The position numbers were made by a program, and so were the translations under genes. A DNA stretch of 41,753 nt from contig QMWS01000002.1 in assembly GCA_003661745.1 (NCBI GenBank), positions 1 to 41,753 of the forward strand, given 5' to 3'. Every line of letters begins with the position of its first letter. Position 1 is the first letter of the stretch. Below are positions 8,365 through 18,551 of this stretch, in pieces. Source of the DNA: Thermoprotei archaeon (GTDB taxonomy: Archaea; Thermoproteota; Thermoprotei_A; Sulfolobales; NBVN01). The notes beneath the pieces were generated by a model. It searched no databases, was not told the origin of the DNA, and saw only the letters and a program-made list of their open reading frames with translations.

Positions 8365-10380
8365 TTACCATTCAGCGGCTACGATCGCATCCCACTCGCC
8401 TTCTCGGCAGTACAGCCAGCCCAGCGCGAATCCCTGCGCGGCATACACGACCTGGTTGATCGTCACACGGTGCTCCGTCGTCACCGGCACGCCGAGTTCG
8501 AGGGCCCTGGCCCGCTTCGGAAACGCCGCCTCAGGGTTGTACGGGACTCCGCCCGGATAGAGATGGTTCCAGAGGTAGTTGCGGATGTTCTCTACGACAT
8601 CGCCTACCAGGTCGTGCTCGGGTTCCACCACCAGTGCGAATTCCACGTCCACATGGTAGTGGTCTGTACCCACCAGCATGCCCAGGCCGTAGACGGCGTC
8701 AGATGGTGTAGAAGGGCTGATGACCCACGTCGCGTGCGGCCCTGGTTCACCAGGGTCGTGGTACGCGCCCGTCCCCATGCCCGGGCCGACCTCGCCGTTG
8801 CTATTGGTATACGCGACCAGGTAATTCGGCTCCCAATCGAATGCCGTCGGGCTCGGGTTCTCCTGCGGCGCGTCGGGCCAGTGCCATGCCACAGCCCGTC
8901 CCACGTCTGGTTCCCCGTTCGAAGTGACCCGGATGATCTCAGCAGCGTCCCCACGCTTTTCGCGTATCGCTACCAGCCTGAAGACCTCGTGGTCAGGGTC
9001 TGCCTCAGCCCTGCGGATCTCAATTCCGTATGTAGCTTGCAGCTCCTCGAGGGCCACTTCGTTTCCTTGCCAGTCATATGCTTTCACCTGCACTTGTGTC
9101 TCTCCTATCGGATCTGTGATTGGCAAATCTGCCCCGCGCACATACATCGCGAGCTCCCGTTCTATCCCGCTGCCGACGACGTCGAACCCCCGCTGCCGCC
9201 AGTCGTGCGCGGCGCCCGTCTCGAAAATCGCCGCGCAAAGCACCTGGGGATCTTGCTGCAATTGGCTGTCGTACCACTTCAGCCACTCCAGGTACCTGCG
9301 CTCGTCGCCGAACTTACGAAACCCTGCGTGCGGCCCGCCATCGGCCGCCGCCCTGTCCCAACCGACCTCAGTGATGAGGATCGGCGGCACTCGCGGGAAC
9401 CCCTTCAGAGTCTCTAGCGCACGCCTGTAGCGCAGCGTCCGCCAGCCGTCGTCGGGCAGGGACGGCCACCAATATTCGTGGAGCCCTAAATAATCCCCCT
9501 GGATTAGTGCATCCTTGTAATAATCCCAGTGCTCCAGACGTGGCCAGCCGACAGAGAAATTCCCGACCACGACCTTGAAGCCCGCCGCGTGGAATAGCTC
9601 GCATAGCCGCGCTTCGAAGTCGTTGAGACTTCGCATATCGCTTTCAGTCCACGGGATGAATTCGTTGACGCTCTCTACGATGTTGGTGATGTGCCGCCAT
9701 CGCTCGTACGCGCGGATCGTGTGCTCGAAGAAGTGCACCGCTCCAGCCTCGCCCTGACGCACCCAGTCGTCGCGGCTATCGTCAGTCCACTCGCGTCGCC
9801 AGACCAGCGGTCGCGGCCTCCCCGCGGCATCGTAGTGTGCCAGTAGGGCCTGGACGGCGCCGGGTGACACGTTACCCATGACCTTCATCGCCGGATATAG
9901 CGCCTGCTGGAGATGGGCCGTGGCTTGTGGATACGCCTCCTGCACGTGCGCGCCAAGCTTCGTTTGGATAGTCTGCATCAAGAACTCCTCCTCGGCCAGT
10001 TCGCGATATTTACGCAGGAACGGTTGCCAGTATATGCGGTCGAACGCGTCGTCACCAGCGCTCCGCCAACCGCCGCTGTAGTCCTTCACAGCCGACCGCA
10101 GGTCGTCGCGACGGTGGTCAAGGCACTGCCGTAGGATGCGCGCGCTCCAGTCGGCGTTGACCGCGGGATCCAGCAGCTCCTCGCTGTTCGGGCGGTCTGA
10201 GAACGCTCCGCCGTAATCGCTCGGAATGACCTGCCCAAGGCCGGTGGCCAGCGTGTGTGGGTTCACCGCCCGTGCATCCCACCGGCTCTCGATCCACCAA
10301 AGTGCCAGCAGCACCAACGGCCCGACCTGGTGCGTCCGCGCCGCCCCCTGCGCGATCGGCAGCAGTTGCTCTAGCGTCAT
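8365..10380 (-). CDS. two-catalytic-domain lysin: N-terminal lytic transglycosylase (SLT) plus clan GH-A-like TIM-barrel glycosidase plus unknown C-terminal region
   Basis: SLT signature LALWWIESRWDARAV ... TGLGQV. In the middle, ESVNEF and LITEVGW resemble the NE acid/base and E nucleophile strands of GH-A. It is the last gene of the structural operon. Confidence 0.8.
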   Translation of the reverse strand: MTLEQLLPIAQGAARTHQVGPLVLLALWWIESRWDARAVNPHTLATGLGQVIPSDYGGAFSDRPNSEELLDPAVNADWSARILRQCLDHRRDDLRSAVKDYSGGWRSAGDDAFDRIYWQPFLRKYRELAEEEFLMQTIQTKLGAHVQEAYPQATAHLQQALYPAMKVMGNVSPGAVQALLAHYDAAGRPRPLVWRREWTDDSRDDWVRQGEAGAVHFFEHTIRAYERWRHITNIVESVNEFIPWTESDMRSLNDFEARLCELFHAAGFKVVVGNFSVGWPRLEHWDYYKDALIQGDYLGLHEYWWPSLPDDGWRTLRYRRALETLKGFPRVPPILITEVGWDRAAADGGPHAGFRKFGDERRYLEWLKWYDSQLQQDPQVLCAAIFETGAAHDWRQRGFDVVGSGIERELAMYVRGADLPITDPIGETQVQVKAYDWQGNEVALEELQATYGIEIRRAEADPDHEVFRLVAIREKRGDAAEIIRVTSNGEPDVGRAVAWHWPDAPQENPSPTAFDWEPNYLVAYTNSNGEVGPGMGTGAYHDPGEPGPHATWVISPSTPSDAVYGLGMLVGTDHYHVDVEFALVVEPEHDLVGDVVENIRNYLWNHLYPGGVPYNPEAAFPKRARALELGVPVTTEHRVTINQVVYAAQGFALGWLYCREGEWDAIVAAEW

Positions 10381-10721
10381 TCGTCAGCCTCGTCGTCTTC
10401 TAGCTTAATCCCCAGCTGCTCGCAGAGATCAAGCACCTCGCGGCCGGACGCGGCGGGCCAGTCCTGCTTGGCCTCGACTCTCTGCTTGAGGAACGCGGCC
10501 AGATTGCGATCTTTGACCTCGATGTCCCATCTCTTGTTAGGATCGTTCCAGGTGAATCCTGTCGGAGTCGACCGCAGGCCGACCTCCTCCTGCTCGTCTT
10601 CGCTCATTTCGAGCAAGTCAATTAGCTTCAACGCCTTGTTGATCGTCCGCAGGTCGCCTTGGACAGAGTTCACAAGCATGAGCAGTTGCAACCGCTGCCA
10701 TGTCGTTAGATTGAGCTTCAT
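10377..10721 (-). CDS. hypothetical protein between fibre and lysin
   Basis: 114-aa ORF with RBS GGGAGG and an ATGA overlap with the lysin start. Acidic C-terminus. No transmembrane segment seen. Confidence 0.6.
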   Translation of the reverse strand: MKLNLTTWQRLQLLMLVNSVQGDLRTINKALKLIDLLEMSEDEQEEVGLRSTPTGFTWNDPNKRWDIEVKDRNLAAFLKQRVEAKQDWPAASGREVLDLCEQLGIKLEDDEADE

Positions 10722-10757
10722 CTCTACCTCCCTTGTGTGTATCGTTACAACAGCTGA

Positions 10758-13700
10758 TTAGCTGGCTGCTGCTAATCCGTGATGCTTTAGACATTCATTG
10801 ATTTGGCTGAGAAGTCGCCTTTCCTCATCACCATAAGTAGTATCAGGCTCTATGTCAAAGGCGCTATTTACATAGCGGCCATATACTACTCTGACACCAT
10901 TTACAAAATAAGCCCCTGAGCAATTGACATTACCGCTTACATCCAGCTGATGCTCGGGATCGAAATTACCGATACCAACCTTGCCGTTGAGAGTCATATA
11001 GATAGCGGTCTTGTCTATATCAGCTCCGGTTGCTACTATAATCCTACCCACATACGGTGCGCCGTGCGGAGCCTCTAGCCGGATGCTCCCTATTCCGTCT
11101 CTCTTTGCTCGTATCCTTGTCACAGCGTTTTTCCATACATCCAAATCCACGGCTGGAGAATATGTCCCAACACCGACATGTCCATCAGGATCGATGAATA
11201 AGGCGTCACTGCTTCCGTCATTTGTCAGCATGCGGATGTCATCTGCTTCTAAGGTCAGACGCCCATAGTTCAATCCCTTTTTGACCTTGATTGTCAGATA
11301 TCCCTCGCCTCCGGCGGGCCCACTGCTCTGAGCTATGTAGGCGACGGCATCGTCAAGAATATCCGAACCCCACTTGATCGCTCGGACATCATTGAACCCC
11401 CAGCCTGCTTGTAGCTTAATGCCCTTGGAATTCAGTTCGACTGCGCCTCCTCCTGCCATAGCCTTGCCAGTGGTGGCTTCGATGTAGAACTCTTTGGTGG
11501 TGGCGTCGCTGTAACCAGCAAGTTCACTGCTGCTTATTTCGATACGCGCTCCTCCAGGAATACCGACTGTAAGCTGACCATCGCAGGGATAGAATTCAAC
11601 ATCGTCAAAATACACAGTGGCCGCGTTGTCAGAGTCAATGTTCAAGGCAACTCTCGCGTAGCGTACTCCGTTGGGAGCAGTCGTTACTACCTCTTTTTTC
11701 TCCCAAGAGGTGCTGGCTGGAGAGACAATAGTCAGACTACCAATGACGGAACCAACGCGGTCATACCACTTTACACGGGCCCCCGCACCGCCCGTTCCAG
11801 TGCTATTCCTCACCCAAGCTGCTAAGTAGTAATTGCGACCCTCTTCTACGTAGATTGGTAAGGTATCTACTACTTCATAGCCGTTGACACCATCACCAGT
11901 AGCCTTTAGGCTATATCCGCCAGAGTGAGCTACTGTGTCATCAACCGTGGGAGTAAGTTCACGAATTCTCCACTCTGTTGTATCTCCTGTTTCGAATCCC
12001 GAGTTGGCTACAGCATTATGGCCACGCACGTTGATCTTGTTAGCAGTGATCGAGTGGGCATATATCTTGCCACCATCTATAAGGGTATAATCCTCGCTGT
12101 GTCGCCAATCGTCCGGTGACGTTGAACCTGAGATCAAGATGCGACCAGGTTCGATTAGAGTGGACGCTAAGTTGATCTTGTCTACAACCGTGTCAGCATC
12201 GACATTGCTCATGTCGGTTTTGGCTGCATCACCGCCGGTGACATATATCTGGCCCTGGACGATAAGAGCTGAACCGTTCCATTCGATCCGGTTGTCCCCG
12301 CTAGCATTGCCGAACCAGAAAGTTCCATCGGATGCGATATTGACCCGTTGAGTTGTGGCATCATATGCTTTGAGGCCATCATTGTCGATCTCGACTCGTG
12401 CACCGCCAGGAGAACCTACTAGTATTCGTCCATCTGCTAAATAGAACTCAGCGTCGTCGAAGTAGACGTTTGCGGTGTTCCCCGCCCGAATAGTCAGAAC
12501 AAACCATGCAGTTGTTGCTCCTGTGGGAGCTGTAACAACTGCTTCTTTTTTTGTCCAGGATGTTGAAGCACCGCTATAAGCTTGAGAGTAACTAATTACG
12601 GAGCCATCCTTGTCTCGCCATGTGATATAGCAACCCGCACTACCAGTTCCGGTGCTGTTGCGCACCCAAACACCGAAGTAGTACTTGCGTCCTTCTTCTA
12701 CTGCGAAACCTGTCTGTCTCGCTGGTATCACCTCAGAACCAGAGCTTCCCGTCGCTACTATCGAGTATTTACCGTTGTGAGGATTATACGTAGCGATACT
12801 ACCGGCTAGAGGATCCCAGGACGAGAGATCGCCGGTTTCGAATCCAGGATTTCCGAGCCAGTTTGCTCCATGAGCCAATAGAGCACTGGCTGTCACGGTG
12901 TTCGCATAGATATCTCCACCGTCAATCTTCGTAGTGTCGGTGGGATAAGCCCAGCCCGCCATGTCGTCCGCTGGCACGTCGTCGCTTCCGATGTAGACCA
13001 CGCCGTTGGCGTCAACTCTGAACCGTGGGTCGCTGGAGTTTGGCCCTAGCCAGAACAGAATGTCGCTACCTGACGCTGTTGGTAGCACCTCGCCTCGCAC
13101 GTTATCAGATGCGTCCACCCACTGCTGTTTGAGCCCGTGTATAATGGCGTTCTGGTCACTCAACAAGACATAATGGTCACTGTCCTTACCTGCCCAAAGA
13201 CCGTACTGCGCGCCGAGACCAGCCAGACCGTCTAGCTGCCCCAGACGCACGTGCGCCGTGTGGTTGGCGCCCGTGAATGGATCTGCTCCCTCCCAACTAA
13301 CCACGTCCAGGTACGGCGCGTAGTTGAGGTCAGCAGTGGCGAGCAAATAGCCCTGCCCGCTCTGGCCGTAGTCCGCCACCGCTACGCCCGCTTGGATCGT
13401 CACGCCTACGGAGCCGCTCTTGTGCGTGTACGTGTACCGCTGAGTGCCATCGCCCATGTCCGTCGGGTTGGTGACAACGCCCCACACGTCATACACGCCG
13501 TTGACGTACTCGCTCTTGATACGCACCCAATCGTTAGCGCTAAACAGGAAGCCGCCACCAGGTGGGTCGGTGATGTAGATGTAGGTGGTTCCATCGACCG
13601 CCGGCGTGGTGAAGTCCGCCGCCAGCTTGCCGCTGCTCTTGAAGATGCCCAACGTGCCTGCGTGCGCTTCTATCAGGTCTTTGACGAATACCGTGCAGTG

Positions 13701-15320
13701 CAGTTCGCCACGGATCCATGCGTTAGCGAATTCAACGTCGCCGTCGTGTGCAATCTGCCAGCCCTTGATCCCACTTTGGAAGTTAGCCGATTCGAGATCC
13801 CCCGCCTCGTTCACCTGGATCAGCGCGGTGCCGCCCTCGTCCTGCACCTCCCAGAGATTGGCAGTCTGGCTTCCGCTATTGCGCCGAACTGTGATGCCCT
13901 TGCGATCGTCGGCGCCAGTCCTCACGCCCAGGGCACCGTAGGTGCTTAGATCAGTACCAGCGTTGATACCGACCTTGTCGGCCGATGCGTCTACGAACAG
14001 CGTGTCCGTATCTACTGCAAGATCGTCATCCACCACGAGCGCGCCAGGCGTCCTCAGGATATTCGCTGCACTTCGATACAGCTGGGCATCTCCGCCGAGG
14101 AGGATGCCAGCGGCACTCCCCTGCGCAGGAAGTCTGAGCTGGCGGTTCGCGGTCAGCTCGAGGGCCGTGGCCCAGCTGCTGCCGTCATATGCCTCGATTG
14201 CGAAAGTCCGACCGGCGGCCGCGGCATTCGTGTAGTAGACAATGTTGACATTCCCACCATCGGTGGCGTGGTCGCCGCCGTAAAGCTCGATGTAGCCGCC
14301 GACCTGGTTGAAGCCGCCGAAGATCGAGATCGCCGACGCCGCGTCGCCGGACATGATTGTATCGACGGTCAAGTCCTGGTCTACTACGAGTGAATCCGGC
14401 GTCCTCAAGACGTTCGATGCGTCTCGATAGAGCTGAGTGTCTCCGCCGATGAACAGGCCATTGCTCGAACCCTGACCAGATATGCTGATAGTGCTGGTGG
14501 CTACCAGGTCTGGCAGGTTCAACGTCCCCGTCATTGTGTCGCCGGATTTTCTGACGAACAGATGCGAGAACGCCGCCGCGGCCACACGGAGTGCTACCCT
14601 GCTGTTGTAATCGCCCTCGCAGTAGAGTGTGACGGTAACATCGTTCCCAGAACCAGACACGTTCGCAAACAGCTTCAAGATCAGCCGATCGGACGTGTCG
14701 AGGTCAATGTCATTGGACACCGATGCGCTAAGAACCAGCTGGCTCAACGAGGATGAAAGTTCGTTGCTCTCCTCGCTGGTCATCAGTAAGGTCTCTGAGC
14801 CGAGCGCGTTGCGCTTATAAAGCTGCCAGTACAGCCTCGCGGTCTTGTTGCCTGATGCGAGCGCGAAGAACGTAGCGGTGTAGACGCCCAGGGACAAGAA
14901 CTCCAGTGACGGCTGCTCGCTCTCGGTGGCGAACGACCAGAGAAGTTGACCATCGCCGACCCCCAGCGGGCTGGAGACGAGGGTAGAAGCACTCTCGCCC
15001 GTCTCCTCGGGGAAGAGTGTGTAGTAGCCGCCGATATCGGAGCCGTTGTCTGATAAGAAGAAAGCCCAAGTAGATGCCGCGACCCCAATGTCAACATAGT
15101 TCTTCGTCGCGGCGTCCTGGTCTGCCTCGGGATCTTCCAAGTCTGTGATCTTGTGATCGCCCATTGAGAGATCGTCGGTCATCGGATCATTGCTGGCATC
15201 GAGCTTCAGATACGTACCGCTGAGATCCGGAATGTCCGATGTGGTGATGGTAGATATTATCTCAGTAGAGCTCTCCGTGATGGGCAGGTCGATCTCGCGT
15301 GGAGTTCTGCTCTTAGGCAT
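10758..15320 (-). CDS. tail fibre / receptor-binding protein with two carbohydrate-binding-module-like repeats
   Basis: 1520 aa, Gly/Ser/Thr-rich. It has repeated LYR(D/S)A.N.LRTP..LVVD.DL.VDT fibre motifs. Two GFETGD ... YFDD(A/V)EFY jelly-roll-like (CBM4/9-type) segments are present. It lies downstream of the tail genes. Confidence 0.85.
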   Translation of the reverse strand: MPKSRTPREIDLPITESSTEIISTITTSDIPDLSGTYLKLDASNDPMTDDLSMGDHKITDLEDPEADQDAATKNYVDIGVAASTWAFFLSDNGSDIGGYYTLFPEETGESASTLVSSPLGVGDGQLLWSFATESEQPSLEFLSLGVYTATFFALASGNKTARLYWQLYKRNALGSETLLMTSEESNELSSSLSQLVLSASVSNDIDLDTSDRLILKLFANVSGSGNDVTVTLYCEGDYNSRVALRVAAAAFSHLFVRKSGDTMTGTLNLPDLVATSTISISGQGSSNGLFIGGDTQLYRDASNVLRTPDSLVVDQDLTVDTIMSGDAASAISIFGGFNQVGGYIELYGGDHATDGGNVNIVYYTNAAAAGRTFAIEAYDGSSWATALELTANRQLRLPAQGSAAGILLGGDAQLYRSAANILRTPGALVVDDDLAVDTDTLFVDASADKVGINAGTDLSTYGALGVRTGADDRKGITVRRNSGSQTANLWEVQDEGGTALIQVNEAGDLESANFQSGIKGWQIAHDGDVEFANAWIRGELHCTVFVKDLIEAHAGTLGIFKSSGKLAADFTTPAVDGTTYIYITDPPGGGFLFSANDWVRIKSEYVNGVYDVWGVVTNPTDMGDGTQRYTYTHKSGSVGVTIQAGVAVADYGQSGQGYLLATADLNYAPYLDVVSWEGADPFTGANHTAHVRLGQLDGLAGLGAQYGLWAGKDSDHYVLLSDQNAIIHGLKQQWVDASDNVRGEVLPTASGSDILFWLGPNSSDPRFRVDANGVVYIGSDDVPADDMAGWAYPTDTTKIDGGDIYANTVTASALLAHGANWLGNPGFETGDLSSWDPLAGSIATYNPHNGKYSIVATGSSGSEVIPARQTGFAVEEGRKYYFGVWVRNSTGTGSAGCYITWRDKDGSVISYSQAYSGASTSWTKKEAVVTAPTGATTAWFVLTIRAGNTANVYFDDAEFYLADGRILVGSPGGARVEIDNDGLKAYDATTQRVNIASDGTFWFGNASGDNRIEWNGSALIVQGQIYVTGGDAAKTDMSNVDADTVVDKINLASTLIEPGRILISGSTSPDDWRHSEDYTLIDGGKIYAHSITANKINVRGHNAVANSGFETGDTTEWRIRELTPTVDDTVAHSGGYSLKATGDGVNGYEVVDTLPIYVEEGRNYYLAAWVRNSTGTGGAGARVKWYDRVGSVIGSLTIVSPASTSWEKKEVVTTAPNGVRYARVALNIDSDNAATVYFDDVEFYPCDGQLTVGIPGGARIEISSSELAGYSDATTKEFYIEATTGKAMAGGGAVELNSKGIKLQAGWGFNDVRAIKWGSDILDDAVAYIAQSSGPAGGEGYLTIKVKKGLNYGRLTLEADDIRMLTNDGSSDALFIDPDGHVGVGTYSPAVDLDVWKNAVTRIRAKRDGIGSIRLEAPHGAPYVGRIIVATGADIDKTAIYMTLNGKVGIGNFDPEHQLDVSGNVNCSGAYFVNGVRVVYGRYVNSAFDIEPDTTYGDEERRLLSQINECLKHHGLAAAS
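11495..12090 (-). repeat. internal duplication of the tail fibre, distal copy (approximate bounds)
   Basis: IDGGKIYAHSITAN...NSGFETGDTTEW...WVRNSTGTGGAG...YFDDVEFYPCDG...GGARIEI is parallel to the other copy. Confidence 0.7.
12340..12935 (-). repeat. internal duplication of the tail fibre, proximal copy (approximate bounds)
   Basis: IDGGDIYANTVTAS...NPGFETGDLSSW...WVRNSTGTGSAG...YFDDAEFYLADG...GGARVEI. The offset between copies is about 845 bp. Confidence 0.7.
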
Positions 15321-16716
15321 CGTAGTCCTCGTACGCGCACATTATCCAATTCTCATTCTCGTCCTGAATCTCATATTCCATTCCGTAGCTCAGCCAGGAT
15401 ATTTTGTCGAGATCTATCACGCTCGCCTCCCCGTCCGTGTCCGGGAGCCGATATGACAGGCTGCCATCGGCGCTCATTAGCGGGACGGCGCCCTGGCTTC
15501 GATAGCGCAAGTAACGCCATCGGTGAGTGAGCCGAACTCGGTAGTGATGCACCCCCCGCATGTAGGCCGAGTACCCGATATCTGGGTCACCAGGTGGCGC
15601 CGGACGCAGCAGTTGGTGCGGCTGGAAGTGATGTATCATCCACAGGGGACTCTCGCGGGAAGCATCCGGGTAGCAGTCGCTAAGGCTCCCCGCGATCACG
15701 TTCAGAGGTGCCGCCGCCAGCCGGTCGCCGTGCGCGAACGTTGCAGGGACGTGCGTCCGAGTCTCCGAGTCCAGGTCGTGGATATAGATCGTGTTGATCC
15801 CCACGAACGGCCCGTCCGGATAGATCCCCAGCTCAATCTGATAGCGCTCTCCTACGGTCAGCCCGTAAGCAGACAGATCGATGTCCCCGGAATAATCCCC
15901 GTCGGCGACGAAGTCCGCGAGCGGATTGCCCCCATTGAGTCGGCTATACCCCGTCACTGGGTATTTCTCCTCGTTCAGGAAGATCCTCACAAGATCCCCC
16001 GCCTCCATGCCCCACGTAGACAGGTTGTAATGGAGCGCCTTGCGCCCGTCGTAGACGAAACTCCATCGGAATAACGGCTCATAAGCATCTGGTTGCTCGT
16101 GATTGACCGTCCCGACAATGCTCCCGTAAGCGGGCTGCTTCGCGCGATCGTACAGATACTCCGACATCTGCTTCAGCGCGTTGAAGTCCGCTGCCGTCGG
16201 CTCGTTCCCGACCCCATCTGCGAACAGAGGGACGGAGCCTGGCCACGCGGTCAGGCCCACCTCGCCCTTCATCCAGGCCCGCGCGACGAGGGTGCACTCG
16301 CCCCCGCCAACGTAGAACCGTAACCGTAAGATGCCGTCCGACGGCAGGTCGAGGCCGGAGCAATCGAATTCGTTGTTCTCGACTCCGTTGAACCACCGAT
16401 CCCCGGCGTTCCCGTCCGACGCGATGGTCGTCCAGTTTCCTGAGCTGTTTACATACTCAAGATACGCCGCGCCGGATTCCCCCAAGTTGATCCGCGCGGA
16501 GAATACCAGCGTCGGATGCTCCGAGCGGTATTTCGTTTCACCAGCCCAGACCGTCGCGGGCGAGTACCAGCTCCATGTCTGGCGTTGCAGATACTGGATC
16601 GCGTGCGCCTGGCCGTATATCCAGTTCGCGCGCCTGGTCAAGGCGTTCAGCCACGTTGACGCCCCAAGGAATTCTCCATCGGTTAATTCGCGTAGTCCTG
16701 GCCACGCATGCAGCAT
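15313..16716 (-). CDS. minor tail protein (baseplate/tip region), function unknown
   Basis: Large ORF in the tail module. I prefer the ATG at 16716, which gives a TGATG overlap with the upstream stop. The ORF-track GTG at 16728 sits on top of the GGGAGG. Confidence 0.6.
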   Translation of the reverse strand: MLHAWPGLRELTDGEFLGASTWLNALTRRANWIYGQAHAIQYLQRQTWSWYSPATVWAGETKYRSEHPTLVFSARINLGESGAAYLEYVNSSGNWTTIASDGNAGDRWFNGVENNEFDCSGLDLPSDGILRLRFYVGGGECTLVARAWMKGEVGLTAWPGSVPLFADGVGNEPTAADFNALKQMSEYLYDRAKQPAYGSIVGTVNHEQPDAYEPLFRWSFVYDGRKALHYNLSTWGMEAGDLVRIFLNEEKYPVTGYSRLNGGNPLADFVADGDYSGDIDLSAYGLTVGERYQIELGIYPDGPFVGINTIYIHDLDSETRTHVPATFAHGDRLAAAPLNVIAGSLSDCYPDASRESPLWMIHHFQPHQLLRPAPPGDPDIGYSAYMRGVHHYRVRLTHRWRYLRYRSQGAVPLMSADGSLSYRLPDTDGEASVIDLDKISWLSYGMEYEIQDENENWIMCAYEDYDA

Positions 16717-18173
16717 CAGTAGACGCACCTCCCACCATCAGCGGTGCTCAGATGGCTGGTTCCGATGAGGAAGTATTCCGAATCCGCGTGCTCGTAGAAA
16801 TACGAGTAGTCTACCGCTGTTACATCCATGACCAGCGGGATCATTCCAGAGATGCTTATGCCGATTACGACCGCCGTCGTGTTCACGCCAGTCTGCGCGC
16901 CCGAGACCGATATCTTATCCCCGAGCTCAAGATTCGGGTTACACGGCAGACCCCGCAATCTTAGCACCATTGGCGGCGTAGAGAGTCGGTATTGGATAAG
17001 ATCCGCGAGGAGCCGTGCCTGCTCCGGTGTCTGGACGTACCAGTTGCCTCGGGTGCTGAGCTCCTTAGCGTCCGCCGATCCGGAGACGCTATTCGGATCT
17101 GCCGTATACGACTCGCTGGGACGGCCGACGAGCGCCCGGCCGGTGACGTTGAATTTCGTAATGAACGCCTCGTGCCGAGTGTTGTTGTTCGTAAATTCGA
17201 TCTCCCACGTCTGCGCCGACGCGGGACTGGCTGGGCTGATGCTCACGTCCGCCGAGATGTCCTCGCCCCCGCCAGTCACCGCGGCCATCTCGTACCCAGT
17301 GAACTCGGTTAGCGGGAACCTGAATGTCAGCGTTTCCGAACGGCTCTCCCCAGGCGGGATATGCAGCGCGCGGTGGAGTTGGTAAACAACCGCCGCCGCC
17401 GCCTCCTGTCGTGGCTCGTATTCCACGGTGACGACGTTGTATGTGCTGAAATAGTCGCGCTCCGGCACCAGTTCCTGGTAGAAGTCACCGTCCCATGAAT
17501 AGACGACGCTCTCCGTGAGCCAGTGCGTGTATGCCCAGAACCGTATACTGCCGCTCTTGTCCGTGAAGAGTACCCCCGCCTCTGACGCCGCCGCCTGGTT
17601 GAGCTCGTCCCACGCGTTGTCCTTCTCCGCGTATGCGTATGGTATGACGCAATGCGATTTCTCCAAGTCCCCCGCGCCCGGAGTGTACCCTGCCGCATTC
17701 AGCAGCGTCTCTATCCAGTCCCTGGTTGTCTGCTGCGTCGCCAGCGACGTCCGCACCGCCTGCCGCGCCACGTCCTCCCCAAGGTCGCGACAGACCAGCG
17801 TCGCCTCCACGGACGTCTCGCTCTCCCGCACGCCCGTGATGCGCCCGACGAATGCGACCGTGAGGTCTGACGAGTATCCCAGGCTAATCCGGATCTTCTT
17901 GTTGAAGATTCCGTATATATTCGCCTGGCTACCAGGCTTCGCTGCGCTATAGCGCCCATCGGCGTTCTGTACCTCTATGCTGGCCGTCCCGATCGGCGCC
18001 TGCCCCAGGCGGCCCAGGCTGCGGAGTGGATTCTGGAGTGAACGATCTATCCTCAGCCCACCGCTCGAAAGCCGCGACGTCTCATCTACCCATCCCGTCA
18101 CATCGCTCCAGTAGATCTCTACCTTAGCCGCCGGCTGTGCGACGTGATCGTCGTATAGCGTGTCAATGCTCAT
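16716..18173 (-). CDS. minor tail protein (Dit/Tal-region by position)
   Basis: 485-aa ORF, second gene after the tape measure and abutting the upstream stop. Called from position only. Confidence 0.6.
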   Translation of the reverse strand: MSIDTLYDDHVAQPAAKVEIYWSDVTGWVDETSRLSSGGLRIDRSLQNPLRSLGRLGQAPIGTASIEVQNADGRYSAAKPGSQANIYGIFNKKIRISLGYSSDLTVAFVGRITGVRESETSVEATLVCRDLGEDVARQAVRTSLATQQTTRDWIETLLNAAGYTPGAGDLEKSHCVIPYAYAEKDNAWDELNQAAASEAGVLFTDKSGSIRFWAYTHWLTESVVYSWDGDFYQELVPERDYFSTYNVVTVEYEPRQEAAAAVVYQLHRALHIPPGESRSETLTFRFPLTEFTGYEMAAVTGGGEDISADVSISPASPASAQTWEIEFTNNNTRHEAFITKFNVTGRALVGRPSESYTADPNSVSGSADAKELSTRGNWYVQTPEQARLLADLIQYRLSTPPMVLRLRGLPCNPNLELGDKISVSGAQTGVNTTAVVIGISISGMIPLVMDVTAVDYSYFYEHADSEYFLIGTSHLSTADGGRCVY

Positions 18174-18551
18174 TTACGACGCCGCCTCGATTGCCTCTAT
18201 GGTGAACGTGACCTTGTGCCGCACCACGCCGTCCGCCGTGTACGGCTCGTCTGTCCAATCGTAAACGATGACCGTGTAGGAATCCGTGTCCGTGGTGTCC
18301 CAACTCTCGAATGTAACGCCAGCCGCCGACGCCGCCGCTGCCTCGTACGCATCCAGAAGCGACGCGTAGTCGGAGCCCCCGACGTCGAATGTCGGCTCCC
18401 ACGTCCAGCGCGGCCCCGAACCCAAGGCGTGCTTCCGCGCCACTCCGCTCGCGGAGACGAAGACGCTGTATTGCTGCGCGTCCCGCCGCTCCTTCCCCTC
18501 ATCATCGAGCGGATTTACAAGATTGGTGTACGCCCCAAGTGTCCAACTCAT
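18174..18551 (-). CDS. small tail protein immediately after the tape measure
   Basis: 125-aa ORF with a TAATG overlap with the tape measure stop. Called from position only. Confidence 0.55.
   Translation of the reverse strand: MSWTLGAYTNLVNPLDDEGKERRDAQQYSVFVSASGVARKHALGSGPRWTWEPTFDVGGSDYASLLDAYEAAAASAAGVTFESWDTTDTDSYTVIVYDWTDEPYTADGVVRHKVTFTIEAIEAAS

Noticed and set aside
10758-15320. Diversity-generating retroelement acting on the duplicated fibre region.
   Set aside because: There is no reverse transcriptase ORF in the window. The two copies are both in-frame parts of the fibre, not a template/variable repeat pair, and I saw no adenine-specific mismatch pattern.
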